A DNA stretch of 11,447 nt from Candidatus Iainarchaeum sp. GTDB taxonomy: Archaea > Iainarchaeota > Iainarchaeia > Iainarchaeales > JAZDDZ01. The stretch lies in contig JAZDDZ010000028.1 in the NCBI GenBank assembly GCA_043809245.1, forward strand, positions 1 through 11,447, given 5' to 3'. Shown one piece after another: positions 1 to 6,249 of the stretch (its first letter is position 1; each line of letters begins with the position of its first letter). The notes beneath the pieces were generated by a model. That model was not told the origin of the DNA and ran no database searches. It saw only the letters and a list, made by a program, of their open reading frames with translations. The translations under genes and the position numbers were made by a program.

Positions 1-1
1 C

Positions 2-103
2 ACTACAGAAGCAATGCGCAAATACGTTACAGAAAGCCAACAAAAACACTGGACAGCAGAAAAACCCAAACCCGCGCAAACCACGCTACTACAATTCAAT
101 TAA
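2..103 (+). CDS. tnpA: IS200/IS605-family Y1 (HUH) transposase TnpA, C-terminal fragment (5' end outside the window)
   Basis: Manual translation of frame +2 gives TTEAMRKYVTESQQKHWTAEKPKPAQTTLLQFN*, with TAA at 101-103. TxExxxxY[VI]xxxQ resembles the catalytic-Tyr helix (..E.i..Yi..Q) at the end of Y1 transposases, and a canonical IS200/IS605 right end follows immediately. The HUH motif itself lies outside the window. Confidence 0.8.
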   Translation, partial: TTEAMRKYVTESQQKHWTAEKPKPAQTTLLQFN

Positions 104-109
104 ACCAGT

Positions 110-141
110 GACGCCTGCCGCTTCAGCGGCAGGTAGTTCAC
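110..141 (+). repeat. IS200/IS605 right-end subterminal hairpin with guide (GACG) and cleavage (TCAC) tetranucleotides
   Basis: 8-bp perfect inverted repeat at 114-121/126-133 with a TTCA loop, read directly from the sequence. Confidence 0.85.
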
Positions 142-600
142 TTTCTTATTTTTTAAATGCAGATTTTTGATGAAATAGTCATTGAAATCCTTTTGGAGAA
201 GCTGTTTTCCTTTTGATTTGTCAATCCTTATCTCGGTGCCGGTCCCTTCGAGTAATAAATTTTTGGCAAGTTTACCTGCGACATAATTGTACAATTTGTT
301 TTTGTCATTTTTCAGATATTGGCTTAATATTTTCTTTTTCTCGAGCACAACATAGAACACTTTTGCGCTTTTTACTTCATTTAATTTTGAGATAATATAC
401 TTTATCACTTCTTTTGAAGATTTGTTTGCTTTTATTTCGTTCGCCTTTTTCAGCTCTTTTCTGAATTTGTTTCTTCTCATGTTCTTTATTATTCTGTTGA
501 AGGGCAAATAACTATCTGCTAGAAGCGCGGCTAGCACAAGGTATTTGGAGCCATTTGAACCCAAATCGCCGCTCTCATCAATGTACACAATCCTATGCAT
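142..600 (-). pseudogene. DUF3800-domain protein (RNase H-like, DESG motif), 3'-truncated by the IS insertion
   Basis: The N-terminal YIDESGDLG motif is typical of DUF3800. The likely start is ATG 600, preceded by GGTGA (the ORF track starts at 612). The usual C-terminal S.....LQ.AD motif is missing. The last 13 residues of ORF 100..612 (VNYLPLKRQASLV) are the antisense of the IS end at 141-103. Confidence 0.75.
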
Positions 601-619
601 TAATTTCACCATAATTTTT

Positions 620-1540
620 TCACAGAGCCTGCGCGCAGGTGTAGGCGATGAAGCTCAGGGGAAACAGCGCAAGCGCGTAAAGCAACGCCTTCTTTGCGTT
701 TCCCTCCTGGTTTGCAACAAAAAGCGAGGCAAGCAAAGCGTATTCCGCGATGTAAAGCTTGTTTGCGAGCAGCGCAGCGTCAAGCAGTTCCTTTCTTTGC
801 ACTGCATCCAATCCTATTTCAAGCACTGAAAGCGCTGTGAAGTCAAGCCTTGAAACCATTCCAACCAGCAGGCCGAGGATTGCGGGAACAAGTAGGCCGC
901 CGGCAAAAAGCAGGGTGTATTTTTCCACAACCATTGTTGAAACCCTTTCGCGCAGCAAAGCGTTTGTTTCAAGCAAGTCGTCTGCTGCTTCCTTGAAAAT
1001 TTTTCCCATGTCAGCGCCGCTTCTGTAACCCTGAATCAGTAGGTTAATTGCGCGGTCAAGCGAAGCAGACCTGTTCCTTTTTTTGATGTTTTCAAGCGCT
1101 TCCTCTATTGGCGCGCCCTTCCTTATTTCAAGCAGTGCTTTTCCGAATTCAATGGAAAGCGCGCCGTAGCCCGCACCGGAAAGATACTCTATTGTCTTGA
1201 TGAAATCGCTTCCCTTGGGGAAAATTGACGCCTGAAGCAGAACATCAGGCACAAGCTGTTCTATCCCTTTTTTTCTCTGCTCGAATCGGTAAACCTGCCA
1301 GAAATAACCGAATGCAAGTGGAATGAAAAAAAAGGCAAGGGGAAGAAAAGCAACAAGGAGGTCATCTGCTCCCTGGCTTAAAAGCACGCCAAAGGAAAGA
1401 AGAAAAAGAGCAACCCCGAAAAGAAGGTTTTCCCTGAACCAGGCATTCAGGCATTTGCTGCAGCCATTAAGTTTCAGCAGCGCTTCAAATTCCCTTAACT
1501 CCTTTTTTCTGAAAAAATGCCCCAAAAAACCCGCCAACAT
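620..1540 (-). CDS. Type II secretion system F / TadC-like membrane platform protein
   Basis: Two N-terminal TM segments, a T2SSF-like cytoplasmic domain (IEQLVPDVL...YGALSIEF...IRKGAPIEEAL...SLDRAINLLIQGYRSGADM), then C-terminal TM helices. Lies next to a TadA-like ATPase. Confidence 0.85.
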   Translation of the reverse strand: MLAGFLGHFFRKKELREFEALLKLNGCSKCLNAWFRENLLFGVALFLLSFGVLLSQGADDLLVAFLPLAFFFIPLAFGYFWQVYRFEQRKKGIEQLVPDVLLQASIFPKGSDFIKTIEYLSGAGYGALSIEFGKALLEIRKGAPIEEALENIKKRNRSASLDRAINLLIQGYRSGADMGKIFKEAADDLLETNALLRERVSTMVVEKYTLLFAGGLLVPAILGLLVGMVSRLDFTALSVLEIGLDAVQRKELLDAALLANKLYIAEYALLASLFVANQEGNAKKALLYALALFPLSFIAYTCAQAL

Positions 1541-1555
1541 ATAGTTCGTTGATTG

Positions 1556-1580
1556 CCGAAATATTTAAAACCTCTTTTTT
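1556..1580. promoter_or_regulatory. Putative bidirectional archaeal TATA box (ATATTTAAAA) shared by the divergent tadC-like and tadA-like genes
   Basis: On +, TTTAAAAC begins at 1564, 30 nt before ATG 1594. On -, TTTAAATA begins at 1569, 29 nt before ATG 1540. Purine-rich BRE-like flanks on both sides (CCGAAA and AAAAAAGAGG). The spacing fits leaderless mRNAs. Confidence 0.55.
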
Positions 1581-1593
1581 GCCAATTATTTTC

Positions 1594-3012
1594 ATGGATT
1601 GCGTCGCCGGAAAGGTTCTTGGCTGGAATTTAACCAAAACAGGCAATGGAGAGGTCCGCAAAACAATTAGGTCATCCGGCTGCTATGAAATAATTGAACT
1701 GCGCTCCGGGGAGATGCTCTTTGTTTTAAGCGGCCTGCCAAGGCTTTCCGTGCAGGAAGCTGTTCTTGTCAGGGATTTCCTTGAGGAATTCAGGGAAGCC
1801 AATTCGAAAAAGGCATCGCATAAAATGATTGAGTCAGTGCTCTTGGATTTCTGTTCAAAAAAAATGATCGGGCTTGATGAAGAGCAAAGGGATTACATCC
1901 TCAAGGCGCTTAACCTAGAGGTATTCGGTTTCGGCCCTTTGACAGAACTGCTGCAAGAGGAATCACTTGAGGAAATTGCGGTAACAGGCCTGGGCGAGGA
2001 AAAGCCTGTCCGCGTTTACCACAATGCATTCGGCTGGCTGAAAACAAACCTCTACTATTCCAGTGAACTCGCTGTCAGGAATGCGGCGAACAAGATGGCG
2101 CGCGGAATAGGCAGGAGGCTCAGCCTTCAGGCTCCAAAGCTTAACGCGGTTCTTCCAGACGGCAGCAGGCTTAACGCTTGCATGGAGCCGGTCTCATTCT
2201 TGGGGCCGTCGCTTACCATACGAAAGTTCAGGAAAAAGCCATTCACGCCAAAAGAGCTTTTTGAAAACAAAACAGTTTCCGCTGAAGCTCTTGCCTTCCT
2301 TTCAATGGCGCTGCAGACAGACTGCAGCCTTGTGATTGCAGGAAACACCGGAAGCGGGAAAACCTCCACGCTGAATGCATTGTTCCACTTTGTGCCGCGC
2401 AACGAAAGAATTATTGCCGTGGAGGAAACCCCGGAAATACTGCTGCCTCACGGGCACATAGTGAAACTGAACACTGCAGAGGAACTGGGCATTGGAATGC
2501 ACGAGCTGATAGTGGAGTCGCTTAGAATGCGCCCTGACAGGATAATCGTCGGCGAAGTCAGAAGCCAGAAAGAGCTGAACGCATTCATTGACACCTTGCT
2601 TGCAGGCCAGGGAAAGGGAAGCTACTGCACTTTTCACGCGCAGTCAGCGCAGGAGGCGCTCACGCGAATGCAAAAGCTTTCAGCGCACCAAATGGACCTT
2701 GCTTCAATCGACTTGATTTTGGTGCAGAAGCGCTGGAACAGCATAGGAAAAAATCGCAGCACAAGCACTGAGCAGAGAAGGGTTGTTGAGTTAAGCGAGG
2801 TGATTGCAGACTCGGAAGGAAGCCCGAAGCTGAACTGCCTTTTCGAATTCGATTACTCCAAAGATTCCCTGGTTAAAAAAAACGAAAGCAGCAGGGTGAA
2901 GGAAAAGATAATGCGTTCCTTTCGCTTTGGTGCGGAAGAATTCCAAAGGCAGCTGAATGCAGAAGAGCGGAAAATAAAGGCAAAAAAGGCAGGTGATGCG
3001 CCTGGAAATTAA
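1594..3012 (+). CDS. Type II/IV secretion / pilus assembly ATPase (TadA/CpaF/VirB11 family)
   Basis: Walker A GNTGSGKT, Asp box EETPE, LRMRPDRIIVGE (Walker B), His box TFHA, and N-terminal LPDGSR...TIRKF. ATG 1594 is preferred to TTG 1549 because the extension overlaps the promoter. Confidence 0.93.
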   Translation: MDCVAGKVLGWNLTKTGNGEVRKTIRSSGCYEIIELRSGEMLFVLSGLPRLSVQEAVLVRDFLEEFREANSKKASHKMIESVLLDFCSKKMIGLDEEQRDYILKALNLEVFGFGPLTELLQEESLEEIAVTGLGEEKPVRVYHNAFGWLKTNLYYSSELAVRNAANKMARGIGRRLSLQAPKLNAVLPDGSRLNACMEPVSFLGPSLTIRKFRKKPFTPKELFENKTVSAEALAFLSMALQTDCSLVIAGNTGSGKTSTLNALFHFVPRNERIIAVEETPEILLPHGHIVKLNTAEELGIGMHELIVESLRMRPDRIIVGEVRSQKELNAFIDTLLAGQGKGSYCTFHAQSAQEALTRMQKLSAHQMDLASIDLILVQKRWNSIGKNRSTSTEQRRVVELSEVIADSEGSPKLNCLFEFDYSKDSLVKKNESSRVKEKIMRSFRFGAEEFQRQLNAEERKIKAKKAGDAPGN

Positions 3013-3772
3013 TGCCCTCATTGAAAAAATTTCCCGCGACAAAAAACGCCTGCACAAAGGCGCAAAATACGCCGCCGTGGCGGTGATTTTTTTCTGGCTG
3101 GGGTTCAGCCTTTTGTCGGAAGGCGTTCTTGAAGGGCTTCTCTTCTCAGCCGCGGTTTTTTTTCTGTTTCTTGCGGTTTGGCTCTACCTTCCCTTTGCGG
3201 CAGAATCAAAAAAAGCAAAGCTACTTGAAAAAGACCTGCCCTTCGCCTTGATGTCCTTAAGCGTTGAACTGAACTTAGGAATTCAGTTCGAGAAAGCACT
3301 TGAAAACATTGCAAATTCAGGGCACGGCTCTGCATCAACTGAATTCAGAAAGGTTATGGCGGACATACGCCTTCACGGCGCAAGCGTCCAGGAAGCCCTG
3401 TTTGCCTTAAGCGCGCGCCACAACTCGCTTTCAATAAAGAGGGCAATAGCGCAGCTGGTGAATGCCTACGAGCAAGGGGGAAAGTCAAATGCAGGGGAGC
3501 CTGTAAAGCGCCTTGCATCAGAGCACCTTTCAAGGCAGCGCGCAGAGGCAAAGGAATTCTCCGGAAAACTCATGGTTTTCTCGCTGATGTTCATTGCTGT
3601 TTCCGCGATAATTCCCGCAATCTTCCTCGCATACATGATTGTGGGCAGCAGCTTCATGGAAATAGAGTTCAAACCCATTGAGGTGCTGCTGATTTCCGCA
3701 ATTGGCTTTCCATTGATTGACTGCGCGGTTCTCCTGTTCATAAGGGCAAAAACACCCATTTTCCTCCAATAA
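2993..3772 (+). CDS. Type II secretion system F / TadB-TadC-like membrane protein
   Basis: T2SSF-like domain (LEKDLPFAL...FEKAL...G.AS.EF...GASVQEAL...SIKRAIAQLVNAYEQG) flanked by TM helices. Overlaps the ATPase stop (translational coupling). Start is GTG 2993 or ATG 2996. Confidence 0.87.
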   Translation: MMRLEINALIEKISRDKKRLHKGAKYAAVAVIFFWLGFSLLSEGVLEGLLFSAAVFFLFLAVWLYLPFAAESKKAKLLEKDLPFALMSLSVELNLGIQFEKALENIANSGHGSASTEFRKVMADIRLHGASVQEALFALSARHNSLSIKRAIAQLVNAYEQGGKSNAGEPVKRLASEHLSRQRAEAKEFSGKLMVFSLMFIAVSAIIPAIFLAYMIVGSSFMEIEFKPIEVLLISAIGFPLIDCAVLLFIRAKTPIFLQ

Positions 3773-3848
3773 AGCCACGCCTTGTTATGTAGCCATTTGT
3801 TTTTCTAATTCTTTTGAGCACTATTTTTCGGTTTTCCTCATAGCTCAA
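3738..3848 (-). CDS. Candidate unannotated 36-aa basic small protein MSYEENRKIVLKRIRKTNGYITRRGFIGGKWVFLPL
   Basis: TTG start at 3848 with a strong SD AGGAGGT (3863-3857) 8 nt upstream and an in-frame stop further upstream. TGA at 3740-3738. Overlaps the 3' end of the convergent T2SSF gene by 35 nt. Confidence 0.35.
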   Translation of the reverse strand: MSYEENRKIVLKRIRKTNGYITRRGFIGGKWVFLPL

Positions 3849-3879
3849 AATTATTAACCTCCTAAGCCTATTCTTTTAC

Positions 3880-3985
3880 ATCGGGTTACTTCATCACCCC
3901 CGAATTCTCTATGTAAGGAAGACAAAAAAGGCAAAGGAGGAAGCGAAAGGTGAAAGCCTTTCTTTCCTTCTTCTTTTTTCTTTAA
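3880..3985 (+). ncRNA. Candidate ~100-nt small RNA (5' hairpin, A-rich linker, 3' hairpin plus U-tract)
   Basis: BRE/TATA-like CAAAATTATTAAC (3846-3858) lies ~25-30 nt upstream of hairpin TCGGG...CCCGA (3881-3903). A long 3' hairpin at ~3936-3970 is followed by T-runs. I recognise no family. Confidence 0.3.
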
Positions 3986-3990
3986 TCTTT
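3933..3990. terminator. Long purine/pyrimidine hairpin with T-tracts on both strands (possible bidirectional terminator)
   Basis: GGAGGAAG-C-GAAAGG-TGAAAG-CCTTTC-TTTCCTTC followed by TTCTTTTTTCTTT on +. On -, the hairpin follows the DUF192 stop and is followed by CCTTTTTTGTCTT. Confidence 0.5.
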
Positions 3991-4347
3991 TCAAGCCCAG
4001 TCCAATTGCTCGCCTATTTTCACTTCTTTTCCTTTTCCAGCGGGCAATTCAATGAAGTAGTTTGCGGCTTTTTTCGGGGAATATCCAAGCGAGAATGGCT
4101 TCAGGTTTAATGCAATGTCAACAACCCTTTTTTCCCTGTCAAGGTAAACAACGTCTATCGGGAAGAACACGAATAGCATGTGGATTGCCGCTCCTGCAAC
4201 AGTTTCCCTTTCCAGCTCAAACACCAATGCGTAATTGAAGTTTTCAAACTTTTCAAACATCAGGCCCTGCATTCTCTTCCAGTGGTCGTTGGCTATGCGC
4301 ACTTTTTCCATTAATACCTTGCCTGTGGAACGGTTTGCCAGTGGCAT
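3991..4347 (-). CDS. DUF192 family protein
   Basis: Signature R..GLMF...IHMLFVFFPIDVVYLD...V...LKPF...A.YFIELPAG, 118 aa. Confidence 0.9.
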   Translation of the reverse strand: MPLANRSTGKVLMEKVRIANDHWKRMQGLMFEKFENFNYALVFELERETVAGAAIHMLFVFFPIDVVYLDREKRVVDIALNLKPFSLGYSPKKAANYFIELPAGKGKEVKIGEQLDWA

Positions 4348-4616
4348 CAGTTTTTCACTTTGCTTTTTCTTGAAGAATCCTTTATCAGTTCAAGTGACGG
4401 CACCTTTATTTCCTCAAGCATTGCCCTTGCCTGCTCCGAGGTAATGGTTTTCCTTGTTTCAAGGTCGTCCGCGCCAAGCTCTTCCCTTAACTGCTTTAAT
4501 TCGCTCATCCTGTCCTTTAATTCGTCCAAAATCTTTAACATGTGCCGCCTTTTTTCCTCGGAAATAGTTATGCCCTTGTTTCCAGCATTGCCCAAAAAAA
4601 CAACCCCTTGCATCAT
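4347..4616 (-). CDS. Hypothetical small helical/coiled-coil protein
   Basis: 89 aa with a heptad-like charged helix (MLKILDELKDRMSELKQLREEL). Its stop overlaps the DUF192 start (TGATG). AT-rich promoter-like region upstream. Confidence 0.7.
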   Translation of the reverse strand: MMQGVVFLGNAGNKGITISEEKRRHMLKILDELKDRMSELKQLREELGADDLETRKTITSEQARAMLEEIKVPSLELIKDSSRKSKVKN

Positions 4617-4699
4617 ATTACGTGTTCAGTCTTTTTAAAGATAACTTTAAAAACATAAATAAAACCTTATAGATATCAGCAATCATTATTTGCACTCTA

Positions 4700-5419
4700 T
4701 TGGAAGGAATTTTTTTGCACTCAATTGAATCAATCGCTTTTATCCCAGACGGCAACAGGCGTTACGCCGAAAAAAAAGGCCTGAACCTATTGCAGTCATA
4801 CAGCCTTGGCACGCAGAAGGCATGGGATGTCCTTGAATGGCTTGTCGAATACCCGTCAATCAAGGTGGGCACGTTTTACACTCTTTCCCTTGAAAACTTC
4901 AACAGGAGCAGGCTTGAATTGTCACTTTTGTTCAAGGTGTTTGAAAAGGAATTGAACAATGTAAAGGAAAGGAAAATACTTTCCGAGAACGGAATTGCAT
5001 TAAAGTTTGTCGGCAGGCGCGAATTGTTTCCCAAAAAACTGCAGGAAAAAATGAGTGAAGCGGAAAAGTTTACGGAAAATTATGGCGGGGAAAAAACAGT
5101 TAACCTTGCATTGGGTTACAACGGCCAGTCGGAAATAGTTGACGCCGCAAAAAAAATCGCGGAACAGTTCCGCGCGGGCATCCTTTCATTGAAGGAAATC
5201 AACGAGAATTCATTCAAGCGCTTCCTTTACTCGGATTTCAGGGAACCAGATTTGATTGTCCGCACCTCGGGCACGCAGCGCTTAAGCGGCTTTCTGACCT
5301 ACCAGAGCGCTTACTCCGAGTTATGCTTCATTGACAAGTTCTGGCCTGAAATAGAGCAAAGCGACCTCGGCAAGGCCGTCAACGAATTCGGCGAAAGGGA
5401 AAGAAGATTCGGCAAATAA
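4700..5419 (+). CDS. uppS: cis-prenyltransferase (undecaprenyl/polyprenyl diphosphate synthase)
   Basis: IPDGNRR, SLENFNR, LALGYNGQSEIVDA, PDLIVRTSG..RLSGFL.YQSAYSEL...WPE and C-terminal RRFG. The start may be TTG 4715, downstream of GGAAGG. Confidence 0.95.
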   Translation: MEGIFLHSIESIAFIPDGNRRYAEKKGLNLLQSYSLGTQKAWDVLEWLVEYPSIKVGTFYTLSLENFNRSRLELSLLFKVFEKELNNVKERKILSENGIALKFVGRRELFPKKLQEKMSEAEKFTENYGGEKTVNLALGYNGQSEIVDAAKKIAEQFRAGILSLKEINENSFKRFLYSDFREPDLIVRTSGTQRLSGFLTYQSAYSELCFIDKFWPEIEQSDLGKAVNEFGERERRFGK

Positions 5420-5477
5420 AGCCAAAGCCATGAAACCTTTTTTTAATCCCTCGCTAAACAATTCCCTATAATTGCAC

Positions 5478-5550
5478 AGCCCCGTAGTATAGAGGCCAAG
5501 TATGCAGGGCTTTGAACCCTGAGACCGGAGTTCGAATCTCCGCGGGGCTA
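5478..5550 (+). tRNA. tRNA-Gln(TTG), intronless, CCA not encoded
   Basis: Acceptor stem AGCCCCG/CGGGGCT plus discriminator A. Anticodon arm CAGGG-CTTTGAA-CCCTG with anticodon TTG at 5512-5514. T-arm CGGAG-TTCGAAT-CTCCG. The A1-U72 pair is typical of archaeal tRNA-Gln. Confidence 0.96.
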
Positions 5551-5561
5551 ATCCTCTAAGC

Positions 5562-5590
5562 CTTTCTTTCTTTTACAAAAAGAAAGAAAG
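5562..5590. terminator. Perfect 13-bp inverted repeat downstream of tRNA-Gln (probable terminator/processing hairpin)
   Basis: CTTTCTTTCTTTT-ACA-AAAAGAAAGAAAG. Confidence 0.5.
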
Positions 5591-5619
5591 TCTCCAGTCC
5601 ACCCAAAGAAAGAAAAGTG

Positions 5620-5638
5620 CCCAAACCTTCGGTTTGGG
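5620..5638. repeat. 8-bp perfect hairpin upstream of the hydrolase gene
   Basis: CCCAAACC-TTC-GGTTTGGG. Confidence 0.6.
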
Positions 5639-5653
5639 AAAGAGTTGTTGGAA

Positions 5654-6208
5654 ATGAAGAATGCAATAATTCTGCACGGCACAGGCTCTTCGCCGGAATC
5701 CTTCTGGCTTCCAAGCATCAAAGCTTTTCTTGAAAAAAAAGGATATTCGGTTTGGGTGCCCGCGCTTCCAGATGCAGACGAGCCGGAACTCAGCAAATGG
5801 CTTCCCTTTGTTTTGAAAAAAGGAAAATTCAGCGGTGAAACAATCCTTGTCAGCCATTCAGCTGGGGGCCCGCTTCTTTTAAGCGTCCTCGAAAACAGTA
5901 AAGTGAAAGTCCGAAAGGCAATCCTTGTCGCAGGCTATGCGCGTGGAAAAGGCGGGAAAAAATACCCTGAAAAAATCCTGCAAAAAAAATATGATTGGAA
6001 AAAAATCAAGAGCCACGTCAAGGAGATTGTTTTCATAAACTCGGACAACGACCCCTGGGGCTGCGACCACATTGAAGGGCATTACATGCACGAAAACTTG
6101 GAGGGCACATTAATAATCCTGGAAGGCGAAGGGCACATGGGCTCCGACAAGTTCAGGCAGCCCTACAAAAAATTCCCCTTGCTGGAAAAACTGCTTTCCT
6201 CAGAATAA
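5654..6208 (+). CDS. RBBP9/YdeN-family alpha/beta serine hydrolase
   Basis: AIILHG...FWLP, P.LPD...P.L..W, nucleophile elbow SHSAG (GxSxG variant), SDNDPW (Asp) and GHM (His). ATG 5654 is preferred to TTG 5645. Confidence 0.9.
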   Translation: MKNAIILHGTGSSPESFWLPSIKAFLEKKGYSVWVPALPDADEPELSKWLPFVLKKGKFSGETILVSHSAGGPLLLSVLENSKVKVRKAILVAGYARGKGGKKYPEKILQKKYDWKKIKSHVKEIVFINSDNDPWGCDHIEGHYMHENLEGTLIILEGEGHMGSDKFRQPYKKFPLLEKLLSSE

Positions 6209-6249
6209 AGCGGAACTAAGCCACTAACTTGTCCCAATCCTTTGCCGAA

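Larger units (their letters stand above)
1..141 (+). mobile_element. Right part of an IS200/IS605-family insertion sequence (tnpA directly adjoining the right end)
   Basis: Perfect hairpin CCTGCCGC-TTCA-GCGGCAGG (114-133), then TAGTTCAC ending at 141. The GACG tetramer (110-113) just 5' of the stem and the terminal TCAC (138-141) follow the IS608 guide/cleavage pairing pattern (G1:C2, A2:T1, G4:C4). Base composition switches abruptly to AT-rich DUF3800 coding sequence at 142. Confidence 0.85.

Noticed and set aside
100-141. Minus-strand GTGAACTACCTGCCGCTGAAGCGGCAGGC read as the start of an IscB/TnpB omega (HEARO-like) RNA or as a DUF3800-associated RNA
   Set aside because: The hairpin directly follows a TnpA-like stop codon, leaving no room for a nuclease gene or RNA scaffold on this side. 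A plain IS200/IS605 right end explains it. A nuclease gene further left cannot be excluded.
3881-3903. Minus-strand GTGATGA as the C box of a C/D sRNA, or SD plus mini-ORF ATG AAG TAA
   Set aside because: There are no properly spaced CTGA D'/D boxes, and the GGGGGTG abuts the ATG too closely to act as its SD.
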